Positions 52,387 to 62,426 of a stretch of DNA of 64,000 nucleotides are shown in pieces. This DNA comes from a phage, in the sequence record PQ478073.1; one strand, written 5' to 3'. The position numbers and the translations under genes were made by a program. Every line of letters starts with the position of its first letter. Within the stretch, counting starts at the first letter, position 1. The notes under the pieces were generated by a model. The model was not told where the DNA came from, ran no database searches, and saw only the letters and a list, made by a program, of their open reading frames with translations.

Positions 52387-52950
52387 ATGGACGATTTAGA
52401 TTATACAGATAATGCTATTCAGCAGTTGTATGATAACAGTGGTATGTTAGATATACTTCTTGCTGTAGAGAAATATTTCGATGATAATGATTTATATGCG
52501 TATAAAGGAATTATTGAGGGTGAGTTGGTAGAGGGGCCAATTGTAAGTAAGTATTGGTGTACTGTTACATTTAAATACTATCGTGAAAATTTTCCCGATC
52601 CTACCGCATTCTCTATTTTAGAGAAACATGGAACTAAAGTATATGTTAAAGCTGATTATGAAATAACTCCTATTAAAGAACCAAATCGTCAAGCTGACAT
52701 GAAAAGTGTAGCGACACAATCTGGCTCTGTACGTATACCAAAAAATGAAAGAATCCCAGTACTATTGGTTAGAGTGCAGATTCCACGAAACTTGATTAAT
52801 CCAGAAAGTTTTGATGAATATAAACTAATGGCAGCAGAATTCAATAGTAATCCAATGAATTCTCCTGAGAATATTGAAGAACCTGTAACTGGTGATGATG
52901 TGGATTTAGATGTAGAAGTAACGGATGAGACACAAGAAGGTGGAATGTAA
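52387..52950 (+). CDS. hypothetical protein (187 aa)
   Basis: AAGGA RBS. Confidence 0.5.
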   Translation: MDDLDYTDNAIQQLYDNSGMLDILLAVEKYFDDNDLYAYKGIIEGELVEGPIVSKYWCTVTFKYYRENFPDPTAFSILEKHGTKVYVKADYEITPIKEPNRQADMKSVATQSGSVRIPKNERIPVLLVRVQIPRNLINPESFDEYKLMAAEFNSNPMNSPENIEEPVTGDDVDLDVEVTDETQEGGM

Positions 52951-53630
52951 TGAAAAAGAAATTAAATGAACAAGGCTTACGTCCGCAAGTTCTCAAAGAT
53001 TTGATTCATCCTATCATTAGTGTTGATGAATATACTCCTAAAATTGAAGATAGTAATATTGTTATTATGTTTCAGGTACTTAACAATTTTGATGCAGCAT
53101 ATGATTTATCTTCTTTTATTGAAAAATCACCTATTGATGTAGCTGATACAGAAGCAGCAGAAACACCAAATTTAGATGGTCGATATCAAGTTTATGTTGA
53201 AATGGAACGAAATGCTGAATTCCCTGAAAAACTTTTACGTTTAATTAAAACTATTGAAAATATTTGTCCAGACCCAGGTTGGAAAATACAACTATATGGT
53301 GTTAATGACCCAATCGATGTTGATTTTGAAGAAATACAGCAGAGAATTGATTTGGGTATTCCTAGTTCAATTAGTGAGTTCCTTGATTATGCTGGTGTTT
53401 CAGTAATCAAAGAAGGAAACATGTTGACATTAAAAACAGCATATGGTAAATTACATTACAGTACTGGAAGCGGTTTTGTTTCAGAAACATATGTGAAAAA
53501 GTTATTAAAGAATGATACACAATTAGACACTTCGCGTCTTAGTTCCATACTAGGGGAAAGCTATACAGTACTACGAAGTGGTGATCAATATGTAATTGGA
53601 AGAAACGGGAAATATTTGGTGTTGCGATGA
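52950..53630 (+). CDS. hypothetical protein (226 aa)
   Basis: TAATG overlap; AGGTGGA RBS. Confidence 0.5.
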   Translation: MKKKLNEQGLRPQVLKDLIHPIISVDEYTPKIEDSNIVIMFQVLNNFDAAYDLSSFIEKSPIDVADTEAAETPNLDGRYQVYVEMERNAEFPEKLLRLIKTIENICPDPGWKIQLYGVNDPIDVDFEEIQQRIDLGIPSSISEFLDYAGVSVIKEGNMLTLKTAYGKLHYSTGSGFVSETYVKKLLKNDTQLDTSRLSSILGESYTVLRSGDQYVIGRNGKYLVLR

Positions 53631-54445
53631 GAATTTTAAATATGCTTAAATCTCTTCACGAAACAACCAAATTACATCAGGATGAAAAGTATCGTCGCAG
53701 CCTTACTAAAGATTTAGCATGTCGTATGTATATGCGTAGATTTGAAATTTCAAGAATTGGTAAAGGCTGGGATGATGTAAATCGTGAAGACATTGATCCA
53801 GATGCAATTTTTAAAGCATACATGGCTAGAAAAGTTTTCATAAATGAAAAAACTTTTTATATTGATAGTGATAGAGAATTAGAAAATAAATTTACAAAAG
53901 GTTTATGGAAGATATGGTGTGTTGAAGTATTCGGTGAAGTATTACCTGAGCCACCTGTTCCAGAAACTTATAAAGATTTAAAAAGTATTTTTGATAATGA
54001 ACATATACATTCAAATTTCTCATTATATGATACTGTGTCAGAAGCTGTATTTTATGGTGAGTTACATGGTCATAACAAATACTTTGATAGTATGGTTAGT
54101 TTTGATTTGTTTTGTCACTTGCCTGGTGTATCAAGTTGGACATGTGACCAACACAGAGCAAGTAAGATTGATAAGCGAAAATTCTCGGCCCAAAGATTTA
54201 TGCAAGTTGCTATGAGTATGTATAAACTTGATTATCTTGGTTGTCCAGAACCATATAAACATTTTTGGAAAGAAAGAGCACAAAAATGTTTAAACTATTG
54301 TATAATCCGTTTAATGGACACATACATTCTTAAGTTTAGAAATGCAACTGTATACGACATGCCTGAACCACCAAAGAATGAAAAATATCCACCTGTCAAG
54401 ACATTTGTATGGTACAAGGATAAAAGTAACAAAAGGATGCACTAA
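53627..54445 (+). CDS. hypothetical protein (272 aa)
   Basis: ATGA overlap. Confidence 0.5.
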   Translation: MRILNMLKSLHETTKLHQDEKYRRSLTKDLACRMYMRRFEISRIGKGWDDVNREDIDPDAIFKAYMARKVFINEKTFYIDSDRELENKFTKGLWKIWCVEVFGEVLPEPPVPETYKDLKSIFDNEHIHSNFSLYDTVSEAVFYGELHGHNKYFDSMVSFDLFCHLPGVSSWTCDQHRASKIDKRKFSAQRFMQVAMSMYKLDYLGCPEPYKHFWKERAQKCLNYCIIRLMDTYILKFRNATVYDMPEPPKNEKYPPVKTFVWYKDKSNKRMH

Positions 54446-54464
54446 GGTGCGTCCTTTTTTCTTT
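54433..54464 (+). terminator. rho-independent terminator
   Basis: AAGGATGCAC-taag-GTGCGTCCTT then T6. Confidence 0.8.
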
Positions 54465-54471
54465 TCAGGTG

Positions 54472-54500
54472 TTGACATGTGTAGTCGAAGTATGTACAAT
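54472..54500 (+). promoter_or_regulatory. sigma70 promoter TTGACA-N17-TACAAT
   Basis: Near-consensus hexamers, 40 nt upstream of ATG 54542. Confidence 0.65.
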
Positions 54501-54541
54501 ATCACCATAGCGTAAATTTTAATTGATTATGAGGTTTTATA

Positions 54542-55669
54542 ATGAAAGGTAAATATTTTTTCATTGAAAATGGCAAAGAAGTTGAGATTCAAGAATTTAA
54601 CTATAATTATGTACTGAACTCTTTATTGAAACAATATGACCGTTCATCAAACAAAAAATACATTTATAATGTAATTGTTCGCCGCACCTATGACTCATTG
54701 GGTAATCCGTTATTTGATGTAAAAACTCTGTCATTAGATGAAATCTATTTTGATAATAAACGTCTGAAAGTTCTTGATTTAATGAAGGATAAAATTCATT
54801 TTAGTAATATTAGAATTGATCCTAACATGCCAGTACCGCCATTAGAGCGTGAATATCGTGAATGGAAAGAAGGTCGTGCCAAACCACGTTTAGACTTGGT
54901 ACAAACATCACCAGATGTACCTGCACCTATTGTTCTTAAGAAAAAACCTATCAACCCAGACGATAGCAGAATTGATGACATTGAAAGATGGGTTGAATTC
55001 CCTAGTACTATTGAAAAGAATTCAGTAAAAGTACTAGACTGGTTTGTAAACTTACCAGTTTGTGCACAAGAAATTGGAACTAAGATTCAACAAATTTCAG
55101 AACGTCAATTGGATCTTAACTCAGCATTACAACAGCATAGTGATTATATTAGAATGCTTATGAATAACCTTACTGTTGCGTTGGAAACGTTGTTCCCATT
55201 GAAGCCGACCTTTACACAGAAATTGTTTGGTAAAACTGATATCAAAGTGCAACCATCAGATTTGCCAAAAGTGATGAAAGCACTAAATGAAGCAGTTAAG
55301 TATGACACTAATAAGTTTAGTGGTCTTAGTACGATGTTTTCAGAACTTAGAAACGAAGTTAATGAAATCAAAAATGAACTTGAATATGGTAAGTTGGGTT
55401 GTGAATACGCACTACGTTGTGTGGATGATGCGTTTGAATATGAATTAACATTAGAACGTATTATGAAAATGGGAATCACCACCTCCATGACTGAAACGAG
55501 CATTATTGCAACAAGTAAGCAATATCAAGTTGATATGAATCGTATGGTAGATATTCAAACTATTACTATTCCTTTGATTATCAATCGTTTACAATCACAG
55601 ACAGGTAAAGCTGTAGATGAGAGTACTGTAGAAATTATTCGTAATCTGGCATATGGTAACAAAGAGTAA
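54542..55669 (+). CDS. hypothetical protein (375 aa)
   Basis: GAGG RBS. Confidence 0.55.
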   Translation: MKGKYFFIENGKEVEIQEFNYNYVLNSLLKQYDRSSNKKYIYNVIVRRTYDSLGNPLFDVKTLSLDEIYFDNKRLKVLDLMKDKIHFSNIRIDPNMPVPPLEREYREWKEGRAKPRLDLVQTSPDVPAPIVLKKKPINPDDSRIDDIERWVEFPSTIEKNSVKVLDWFVNLPVCAQEIGTKIQQISERQLDLNSALQQHSDYIRMLMNNLTVALETLFPLKPTFTQKLFGKTDIKVQPSDLPKVMKALNEAVKYDTNKFSGLSTMFSELRNEVNEIKNELEYGKLGCEYALRCVDDAFEYELTLERIMKMGITTSMTETSIIATSKQYQVDMNRMVDIQTITIPLIINRLQSQTGKAVDESTVEIIRNLAYGNKE

Positions 55670-55679
55670 AAAAAAATAC

Positions 55680-55708
55680 TTGACTATCATACGTGCTGCC
55701 CGTATAAT
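55680..55708 (+). promoter_or_regulatory. sigma70 promoter TTGACT-N17-TATAAT with flanking inverted repeat GTGCTGC/GCAGCAC
   Basis: IR arms at 55693-55699 and 55723-55729 bracket the -10. Confidence 0.65.
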
Positions 55709-55756
55709 GTTTATCACAGAGCAGCACATCATATTAAATTAAACGAGGAATACTAA

Positions 55757-56893
55757 ATGTCCGAGAAAGAAATCAATCCTAAAAAAGCATCCACCGCAGC
55801 TAAATCAGCAAAACGTACTACTAAAACTGCGTCTAAAGGTCATACAATTGATGCAAGTGATATTTTTAACCAAACTACAAAATCACTACCAGTACTGAAA
55901 GATGTTAAGGGAAATACTATGTCTCTAACAGTTCAAAACATCAATACTGTTGGTACAACTGCTGGTGCTGCTGTTGGGCGTTTGGCTGATGAAATTATGT
56001 CTAAAGTTAATGTAACGGATGACAATACCGAGTTTGGTAAATCAATCACCACAATTCTTACGTTGACTCGTGCAGTTGATATTGACAGTCTTCAAGAAGA
56101 TAAATCAATTGTTGGACGTATTAAGAAATTCTTTGTTAATGCTCAACAGAAAGTAGGTGATCAGTACAAAAACAGTAAAGAGCAAATTGACGAAATTATG
56201 AAAACTCTTCAAACTGGTATTAATCGCCAGCACGGAGAATGTGAATGGCTTGATAAAGCATATAATGAAAACAAAGAATATTTGTTTGAATTACGTGATA
56301 CATTAGTTGGTTTAGAAGAAGTAACTAAAACACAAGATGCATTATTATTAGAAATGCAAGCAGACAAAAATGTAGACTCTTTTGCTATTCAAGAGCAAAA
56401 GATGATTTGTGAAGCACTTTCTAAACAAGAAGATAAGATTCGTCGTCTTATCATGATGTGCGAGCTAAGTGGTCCACGTTTGATGAGTATGAAAAAAGTA
56501 AACTTGAACACTGTTTCTAAGTTTGAAGATTTAAAATCTGTTGTTATTCCAGCATGGAAGTCTCAATTGGCTGAACAGTTAATTTCCGAGCGTCAACGTA
56601 AGGATAATGAACTAGGCAATCTAATTGATAATGAGACAAACCGTCTTTTGGAAACTAACTCTAAAATGGTTGCAGCAAATATGTTGGACGCAGCAAAGGC
56701 AAACAACCGTGGTATTGTGGATATTAAAACCTTGCGTAATGTACATAAAACGATGATTGACAGTATTGAAGCAGTTATTGAAGAAGAGAAAAAAGGTAAA
56801 TTGGAACGTGAACGTGCTAAACAGGAAATTGCACAACTTTCCTATGAACTGGAAGACACTCTTCGTGAAATTGCCGAAAAAGCTAACAAGTAA
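55757..56893 (+). CDS. hypothetical coiled-coil protein (378 aa)
   Basis: GAGGA RBS. Confidence 0.55.
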   Translation: MSEKEINPKKASTAAKSAKRTTKTASKGHTIDASDIFNQTTKSLPVLKDVKGNTMSLTVQNINTVGTTAGAAVGRLADEIMSKVNVTDDNTEFGKSITTILTLTRAVDIDSLQEDKSIVGRIKKFFVNAQQKVGDQYKNSKEQIDEIMKTLQTGINRQHGECEWLDKAYNENKEYLFELRDTLVGLEEVTKTQDALLLEMQADKNVDSFAIQEQKMICEALSKQEDKIRRLIMMCELSGPRLMSMKKVNLNTVSKFEDLKSVVIPAWKSQLAEQLISERQRKDNELGNLIDNETNRLLETNSKMVAANMLDAAKANNRGIVDIKTLRNVHKTMIDSIEAVIEEEKKGKLERERAKQEIAQLSYELEDTLREIAEKANK

Positions 56894-56896
56894 TAG

Positions 56897-56925
56897 TTGA
56901 CATATGAGTGCGTTTTTAATATAAT
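56897..56925 (+). promoter_or_regulatory. sigma70 consensus promoter TTGACA-N17-TATAAT embedded in terminator hairpin
   Basis: -10 lies in the loop of the 56907-56943 stem. Confidence 0.65.
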
Positions 56926-56948
56926 CTTATTGAAAACGCACTCTTTTT
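56907..56948 (+). terminator. rho-independent terminator (11-bp stem, 15-nt loop)
   Basis: GAGTGCGTTTT-loop-AAAACGCACTC then T5. Confidence 0.65.
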
Positions 56949-56972
56949 AATGTACAGATAAGGAACTAACTT

Positions 56973-57662
56973 ATGAAACGTCGTCATATTAGTGTTGATA
57001 TTGAAGCTCTTGGAACACCTGAACTTTCCGGTTATGATATTATTATCCCAAATTACGCAGCAGTAGTAGTTCCAAGTAAACCTGAAAATGACATTCGTCA
57101 GTTCTTATATATTAAATTACCATACCAGGATCAAGTTGCAACTGGTTTAAAATCAGACGCAGGTGCAATGGATTTTTGGATGAATACATGTCAGAAAGAA
57201 TACCCTAATGCATATGCTGAAGTTGCCAGTACTATGAAACTCAAAGCACCTGAACTGTATGGACCGAATGGTCAATCACGACGTTTTTTTGCATACAGTA
57301 GTATTGTTGATTTCTGGAAAGAATTACGTTACAATGATTATGGTGAAGAAGTTCCTCATTCAGTCTGGGGCAACGGATGTAACTTCGATTGTAGTATTTT
57401 ACAAGCAAACCATTTAAAACTAATGAACGCTGGTGAGTTGTGGAAGTATGATGCACCTGAAAATGCACGCACATTGAAACGTTTATTGAATGAAGAAGCT
57501 CGTATTGAAATGGATGAAATCGTTTCGGTACAGTTGGATAAATTTATCAGATATGCAAATACGTGTGGGATTAATGGGTTGGAATTACATCACCCACTGT
57601 TTGATGCAGCACGTGAAGCAATCCAGATTTCATTCTGTCTAAACAAGCTTAAAATGGATTAA
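56973..57662 (+). CDS. dexA: exonuclease A (T4 DexA-like, DEDDh)
   Basis: ISVDIEALGT, GNGCNFDCSIL (T4 CRGMSFDFPIL), HHPLFDAAREA. Confidence 0.7.
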   Translation: MKRRHISVDIEALGTPELSGYDIIIPNYAAVVVPSKPENDIRQFLYIKLPYQDQVATGLKSDAGAMDFWMNTCQKEYPNAYAEVASTMKLKAPELYGPNGQSRRFFAYSSIVDFWKELRYNDYGEEVPHSVWGNGCNFDCSILQANHLKLMNAGELWKYDAPENARTLKRLLNEEARIEMDEIVSVQLDKFIRYANTCGINGLELHHPLFDAAREAIQISFCLNKLKMD

Positions 57663-57665
57663 TAC

Positions 57666-58760
57666 ATGAATTTCATTATTCTGTTAATACCTGCTCTTAT
57701 CGTTGTATTCGTTATGAAATACATGTACGATAAGCATATCAGTACTAAAGAACTATTGATTCATATTGGTTGTTGTCTGGTTGGTGCGGCTCTTGTTCTT
57801 GGTATTTCATACGCAATCAACTATAGCCAGCTTTATGATGTTGAGATTCTGAATGGTCAAGTAACTTCAAAATACAGCCACAAAGAATATTGCACACAAT
57901 CTAGTTCATGTAAGCACTATACATGGCATGAGAAGTGCCATACGCGATATGATAGTAAAGGTAAATCACATCGTGAGTGTGAATCATATAAGGTTTTTGA
58001 TTACTCATATGAAGTTGATTGGTATGTGAAAAGTACAGTAGGTGAGTTTGAGATTGAACGTGTGAACCGTCAAGGTACAATGACACCACCACGTTGGCAG
58101 CAAGTTATTATTGGTGACTATGCCGCAGCAGAGAGTTCATATATCAACTATCTATTTGCTGATAAGAACTCATTGTTTAGTCCTGAAGAACTACACAAAA
58201 TGTATGATGAAAAGTATCTTAGTACTATTCCAGAATACCCAAGTGTAGTTGATTATTACAAAACACATCACGTAATTAACACTACAAATTACAACGTTGA
58301 TGGTTACGATGAATACCTTCGTAATGAGCTAAAAACGATGGGTGCACGAAAGCAGGTAAACATCCAAGTACTAGTTTATGATTACAAAGATGTGGATTTT
58401 GTTGATGCTACCCTTGCATCGTGGCGTGGTGGTAAGAAGAATGATGTTATTATGTTCTTTGGTATTGACAATGATGGTAATGTTGTAAAATTTTACAGTA
58501 CATCATTTGCACAAGGAATGAAGAATGAAGAGTTACATGCAAAGATGCGTATTGATGCATTAAATGAAAAATTAACTCTTGACTTACTAGTTAAAGAAGT
58601 ACATAATATTGACAAACATTTTGAGAGACTCTCTAATAAAGAGTTTGAGTACTTGTCAGTAAAAATGGAACCTAGAAAAGATGTTCTTATCGGTGCTTCC
58701 ATTGTGTTGTTGATTCTGTCTATTTTCATTGGCCTTTATATGAGGGATAACGATTTATGA
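57666..58760 (+). CDS. membrane protein with N- and C-terminal TM helices and Cys/His-rich ectodomain
   Basis: Hydrophobic N-terminus and C-terminal ASIVLLILSIFIGLY. Confidence 0.55.
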   Translation: MNFIILLIPALIVVFVMKYMYDKHISTKELLIHIGCCLVGAALVLGISYAINYSQLYDVEILNGQVTSKYSHKEYCTQSSSCKHYTWHEKCHTRYDSKGKSHRECESYKVFDYSYEVDWYVKSTVGEFEIERVNRQGTMTPPRWQQVIIGDYAAAESSYINYLFADKNSLFSPEELHKMYDEKYLSTIPEYPSVVDYYKTHHVINTTNYNVDGYDEYLRNELKTMGARKQVNIQVLVYDYKDVDFVDATLASWRGGKKNDVIMFFGIDNDGNVVKFYSTSFAQGMKNEELHAKMRIDALNEKLTLDLLVKEVHNIDKHFERLSNKEFEYLSVKMEPRKDVLIGASIVLLILSIFIGLYMRDNDL

Positions 58761-59311
58761 ATGGTAAACTCCTTGCGTTAATTGGTATTTTGGTAGTTAT
58801 CGTACTAATGGTGTTTGGTTCTATTAGTATGTATGTTGGTGCACATGATCGTGCAGTTGAGTTTGAAGGAAACATTAAAAAGTACTATGATGCATCAGAA
58901 AGTCAACTTAGCAATTATACTCTTACTATTCAAGATAAGGTTCAAGTAGCCGATAAGTATAAAGATGCGTTGAAAGAAACGATTGAATCATACTTTAAAG
59001 GGCGTGAAGGTGTTGACCAGAAGTTTGTAATGTCACAGATTCAACAACAGGTTCCAAATCTTGATCCTAAAATTTATCAGGAATTGATGGTGACAATTGA
59101 AACAGGACGTACAAAGTTCAACAATCTTCAGAAAATGAAAATTGACCAGTGTACTGATTATGCTAAGTTCCGCAAAGGCTTCTGGAATTCCAAAATTCTT
59201 GATTCGAATACGTTTCCAAGTGAAAATATTGAACACCTTTGTACAGTAGTATCTGATACGCGTACCAAGAAAGCAATGGATACTGGTATTCAAGAATCAA
59301 TTAAACTATAA
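58757..59311 (+). CDS. LemA-like membrane protein (tentative)
   Basis: N-terminal TM then YVGAHDRAVEFE and C-terminal AKFRKGFWNS...TFPSENI resembling LemA blocks (recalled). Confidence 0.45.
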   Translation: MNGKLLALIGILVVIVLMVFGSISMYVGAHDRAVEFEGNIKKYYDASESQLSNYTLTIQDKVQVADKYKDALKETIESYFKGREGVDQKFVMSQIQQQVPNLDPKIYQELMVTIETGRTKFNNLQKMKIDQCTDYAKFRKGFWNSKILDSNTFPSENIEHLCTVVSDTRTKKAMDTGIQESIKL

Positions 59312-59320
59312 TTAAATGTT

Positions 59321-59346
59321 GGGAGTACTTTGTACTCCCCTTTTCT
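59321..59346 (+). terminator. rho-independent terminator
   Basis: GGGAGTA-ctttg-TACTCCC then CTTTTCT. Confidence 0.75.
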
Positions 59347-59946
59347 ATGGGGTGTACTGTGTTTTTAAAAAATACTTATGAATTAATTAAAATGCTTCAA
59401 AATATGAATTCCAGCGGCTTGTTTCCCTATTACTCTGAGGATGAAACTCATCGTTTAGTCCTTAAATTGGATGAAACTGGACGTATTATATCACTAAGAA
59501 CAACAGTCCCCAGTGTAGAACCAGTAATTACCAAATCAACTCAAAATTCAGGAACTGCTGTTAAAACACCACAAACATACAACTCTAATTACCAACAACC
59601 ACAAATGTACACGATTAGCACTCCACCTATTAAACGAGTTGCTTGTATTGTGAATATAAAAGTATCTAAGGACTATCGCGACTTAATATCAGTTGAATGG
59701 TCAGAACTAACATCATCATTAGCAACAAATGGATTTGTAGTAACAAATACAGGTCTAGCACAAAATGTGAAAGAAGGACAACAGATCATGAGTGCATTGT
59801 ATCTTAGTAATGGTTGTGTTATCATCAATGGTAAGTTGTATAGCGATGCCGACCCCACTGCATTCACTGAAGATTTGATTGGTGATAAAGAATACAGCAT
59901 TCTTGAAATTATGAATTTGAAAAAGGTATATGAAAACCATGACTAG
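59347..59946 (+). CDS. hypothetical protein (199 aa; start uncertain)
   Basis: ATG abuts terminator, no RBS; internal ATGs at 59392/59401. Confidence 0.4.
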   Translation: MGCTVFLKNTYELIKMLQNMNSSGLFPYYSEDETHRLVLKLDETGRIISLRTTVPSVEPVITKSTQNSGTAVKTPQTYNSNYQQPQMYTISTPPIKRVACIVNIKVSKDYRDLISVEWSELTSSLATNGFVVTNTGLAQNVKEGQQIMSALYLSNGCVIINGKLYSDADPTAFTEDLIGDKEYSILEIMNLKKVYENHD

Positions 59947-60511
59947 ATTTCATCAAGATGATTTGCCATTTATCCAAGAACTAGAAGAACTGGTGATAAG
60001 TATTATGGATGAAATTAGTACTTGGGATATAACAGTTTTTCGAAATGTATATGATAAAGTGGTGAATTTTAAAAATGTTAATATTGAAGTAAAACATAAT
60101 AATTTTTACTTAACAAAACAATTCATTCTAACTCGACCAGGATCAAAGCCAGTTAAACGTAATTTATCATTCGGACACCTGATTGGTGCAGAAAATGTAC
60201 ATGATGAATGGGTTGATTCAATCTATTCGTATACAAAAGAACTTATTCCTGATATTGAGAAAAAATATTATCTTAGTATCACATTAGATGAAAACGGTAA
60301 TCTTAATGCATATTCAATAAATTCTTCTTCAAATGTTCCATTACATTCAGTGACGATTGGTGATAAAAAAATGCTAATAAATTCTGAAACATGGTATAAT
60401 AGAGAAAATTTCGCAGCAGAATCATTTCAGTACTCAGTATCTGAACCAAAGTCACCTTTTGATTTAGTGTTTGTTAATAATATTATTTTACGTTTTGGTG
60501 TAGGAGTGTAA
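59930..60511 (+). CDS. hypothetical protein (193 aa)
   Basis: ORF only. Confidence 0.45.
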   Translation: MKTMTRFHQDDLPFIQELEELVISIMDEISTWDITVFRNVYDKVVNFKNVNIEVKHNNFYLTKQFILTRPGSKPVKRNLSFGHLIGAENVHDEWVDSIYSYTKELIPDIEKKYYLSITLDENGNLNAYSINSSSNVPLHSVTIGDKKMLINSETWYNRENFAAESFQYSVSEPKSPFDLVFVNNIILRFGVGV

Positions 60512-60514
60512 TTT

Positions 60515-60868
60515 ATGCTAATTTATTTAAGTGTTATTGTAATTTCATTACTGGTATCATTCGCTGTTCTTAAAATTGTTGCTATTTGTAGAAGTAAGAT
60601 TGATAGTTCTGAAACTAGTTCAGTACTTGACTTGATTATGGACCATCCTAAAATCTGTGGTATTATTGTATTATTCGTTGTACTGATTAATACATATATT
60701 GTCAGGGAACATTTATATAATATGTATGATTGTAGTGTTAGATCTATATCACAAGGTGTTGAAACAGACTATAGTTGGTACTATGAGAAATGTCGATTTA
60801 AAAACCAGCATGGTATTTGGGTTGATTTTGATAAACTACGTGGAACACCTTCAGGAGAAGAAGAATAA
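60515..60868 (+). CDS. small membrane protein (117 aa)
   Basis: Two hydrophobic helices; AGGAG RBS. Confidence 0.5.
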   Translation: MLIYLSVIVISLLVSFAVLKIVAICRSKIDSSETSSVLDLIMDHPKICGIIVLFVVLINTYIVREHLYNMYDCSVRSISQGVETDYSWYYEKCRFKNQHGIWVDFDKLRGTPSGEEE

Positions 60869-60870
60869 TT

Positions 60871-61362
60871 ATGTTTGAATTCCCAGAAGAGTCATTTAAC
60901 TTCATTGACCCTACTGATGATGGATACCGACATATTAACATTTATAGTAAAGCCAGAACGAAGTTAGGTAGAGATCTATCTAACTTTTCTTCGCATAGCT
61001 TCACACTTGAACCATATGGTTGGTTCCCTTCAGTTGAAACATTTTACTTTTGGTTTTTAACTGGGCAAAAACATGATGACCTTAGAAAAGTATCTGGTGC
61101 AGCAGCAAAAGCAGCCGCTAACAAATATATGCATGATCGAATTGAAATGACGGATGATTGTATTTCTATTATTCAAGATGCTATTTGTGCTAAGATAATT
61201 CAAAATCCAGAGTTAGCCGAAAGATTAAGAAAAAGCAAGTTGCCTTTTTACCATTACTATGTATATGGTGGTAAAGTTGTAGATGTATCCGACGAACATG
61301 ATTGGTTTGTTAAAACATTCGAATATATAAGAACGGTGTTAAAGGAAAACTATAATGGGTAA
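60871..61362 (+). CDS. hypothetical protein (163 aa)
   Basis: GGAG RBS. Confidence 0.5.
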   Translation: MFEFPEESFNFIDPTDDGYRHINIYSKARTKLGRDLSNFSSHSFTLEPYGWFPSVETFYFWFLTGQKHDDLRKVSGAAAKAAANKYMHDRIEMTDDCISIIQDAICAKIIQNPELAERLRKSKLPFYHYYVYGGKVVDVSDEHDWFVKTFEYIRTVLKENYNG

Positions 61363-61633
61363 ATGTTGGGTATGCTTCAAGGTGTTTGATGAAGAATATG
61401 AAATAATATTAGATGTATTGCCACAGCAGTACATGGTGTGTAATGAAAAATACAAATTGGACACCTACCCGACCCCCAAGTACATGGGAATATGTCCTTT
61501 GTGTGATGCAAATGGCGTGTCCAATAGTGAGATTTCATTCACTAACCAAGCCACAACTAACTGTGTATCTGGGTATATAAGAGAGAATCGAGAATATTTT
61601 ATTAGGAGATTATATGAACGACAAAATCTTTGA
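61355..61633 (+). CDS. Cys-rich small protein (92 aa), probable zinc binding
   Basis: CWVC ... CPLC; AAGGA RBS. Confidence 0.45.
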   Translation: MGKCWVCFKVFDEEYEIILDVLPQQYMVCNEKYKLDTYPTPKYMGICPLCDANGVSNSEISFTNQATTNCVSGYIRENREYFIRRLYERQNL

Positions 61634-61844
61634 TACATATGACATCGATACTTTACTAACACCATCTGATAACAGTACTGTTAAAATGGACATGTACTGG
61701 ATTGTCGTTGATAAAAAAGTATTTAGACATAAAATTACTAAAGTTTGGCAATGTAATAAAAACAAATCTATTGTTGAAGGATTGGCACAATGCATTCCTA
61801 ATGCAGAGGTTTTATTTTTACCATATGCATATACAAAGGAATAA
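61614..61844 (+). CDS. hypothetical protein (76 aa)
   Basis: AGGAG RBS 8 nt upstream. Confidence 0.4.
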   Translation: MNDKIFDTYDIDTLLTPSDNSTVKMDMYWIVVDKKVFRHKITKVWQCNKNKSIVEGLAQCIPNAEVLFLPYAYTKE

Positions 61845-61845
61845 A

Positions 61846-62007
61846 ATGAAAAAAACTTGGAAAATATTCACAATACCTGCTATAATGTTGTTATTGGCAC
61901 TTTTCACACCGCAGAGTCATGTATTGTCTCTTAACATTGTGGAAATAATTCTTCTTGTAATTCACTGTGTCGTGTGTTATAATTATGTAAAAGGTGATAA
62001 AGAATGA
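61846..62007 (+). CDS. small membrane protein (53 aa)
   Basis: AAGGA RBS before ATG 61846; track ORF began at TTG 61702. Confidence 0.35.
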   Translation: MKKTWKIFTIPAIMLLLALFTPQSHVLSLNIVEIILLVIHCVVCYNYVKGDKE

Positions 62008-62426
62008 AGTTCTTTAAAATTCGAATTGGTGTAAGTTCTGGTTTATCTCATTGGGTATTTTATGATTTACCTGATAGTTATACTATTGATGATGTAATTG
62101 ATTTATATACCGAAGATCAACAATGGGTGTTAGATACCGAAACACATAGAATTGATTGTCAAGAGATTAGTGAAGAAGATTACAAACACGGAAAGCAAGC
62201 CATGAAGTATTTTGAAACAAATATCAAAATGCTGACTGAAAACGTATTTCCAGTAAAAGAATGGGCAATTTTACTTGCTAATCCTAAAAAACCTGTTAGA
62301 ATTGGTTATCCAAATTTTCATATGGTGTATCGTATGAATGATAAGCGAGAGCTTAACTATCAATACGATTACGATTCATCTAAGTTTGGAGTTCTTAAAC
62401 AATTTTTAAAGGCTTATCCAGTATGA
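62004..62426 (+). CDS. hypothetical protein (140 aa)
   Basis: ATGA overlap. Confidence 0.5.
   Translation: MKFFKIRIGVSSGLSHWVFYDLPDSYTIDDVIDLYTEDQQWVLDTETHRIDCQEISEEDYKHGKQAMKYFETNIKMLTENVFPVKEWAILLANPKKPVRIGYPNFHMVYRMNDKRELNYQYDYDSSKFGVLKQFLKAYPV

Noticed and set aside
55757-56893. TelA-like toxic-anion-resistance protein
   Set aside because: Only size and coiled-coil character are suggestive; no specific motif could be matched
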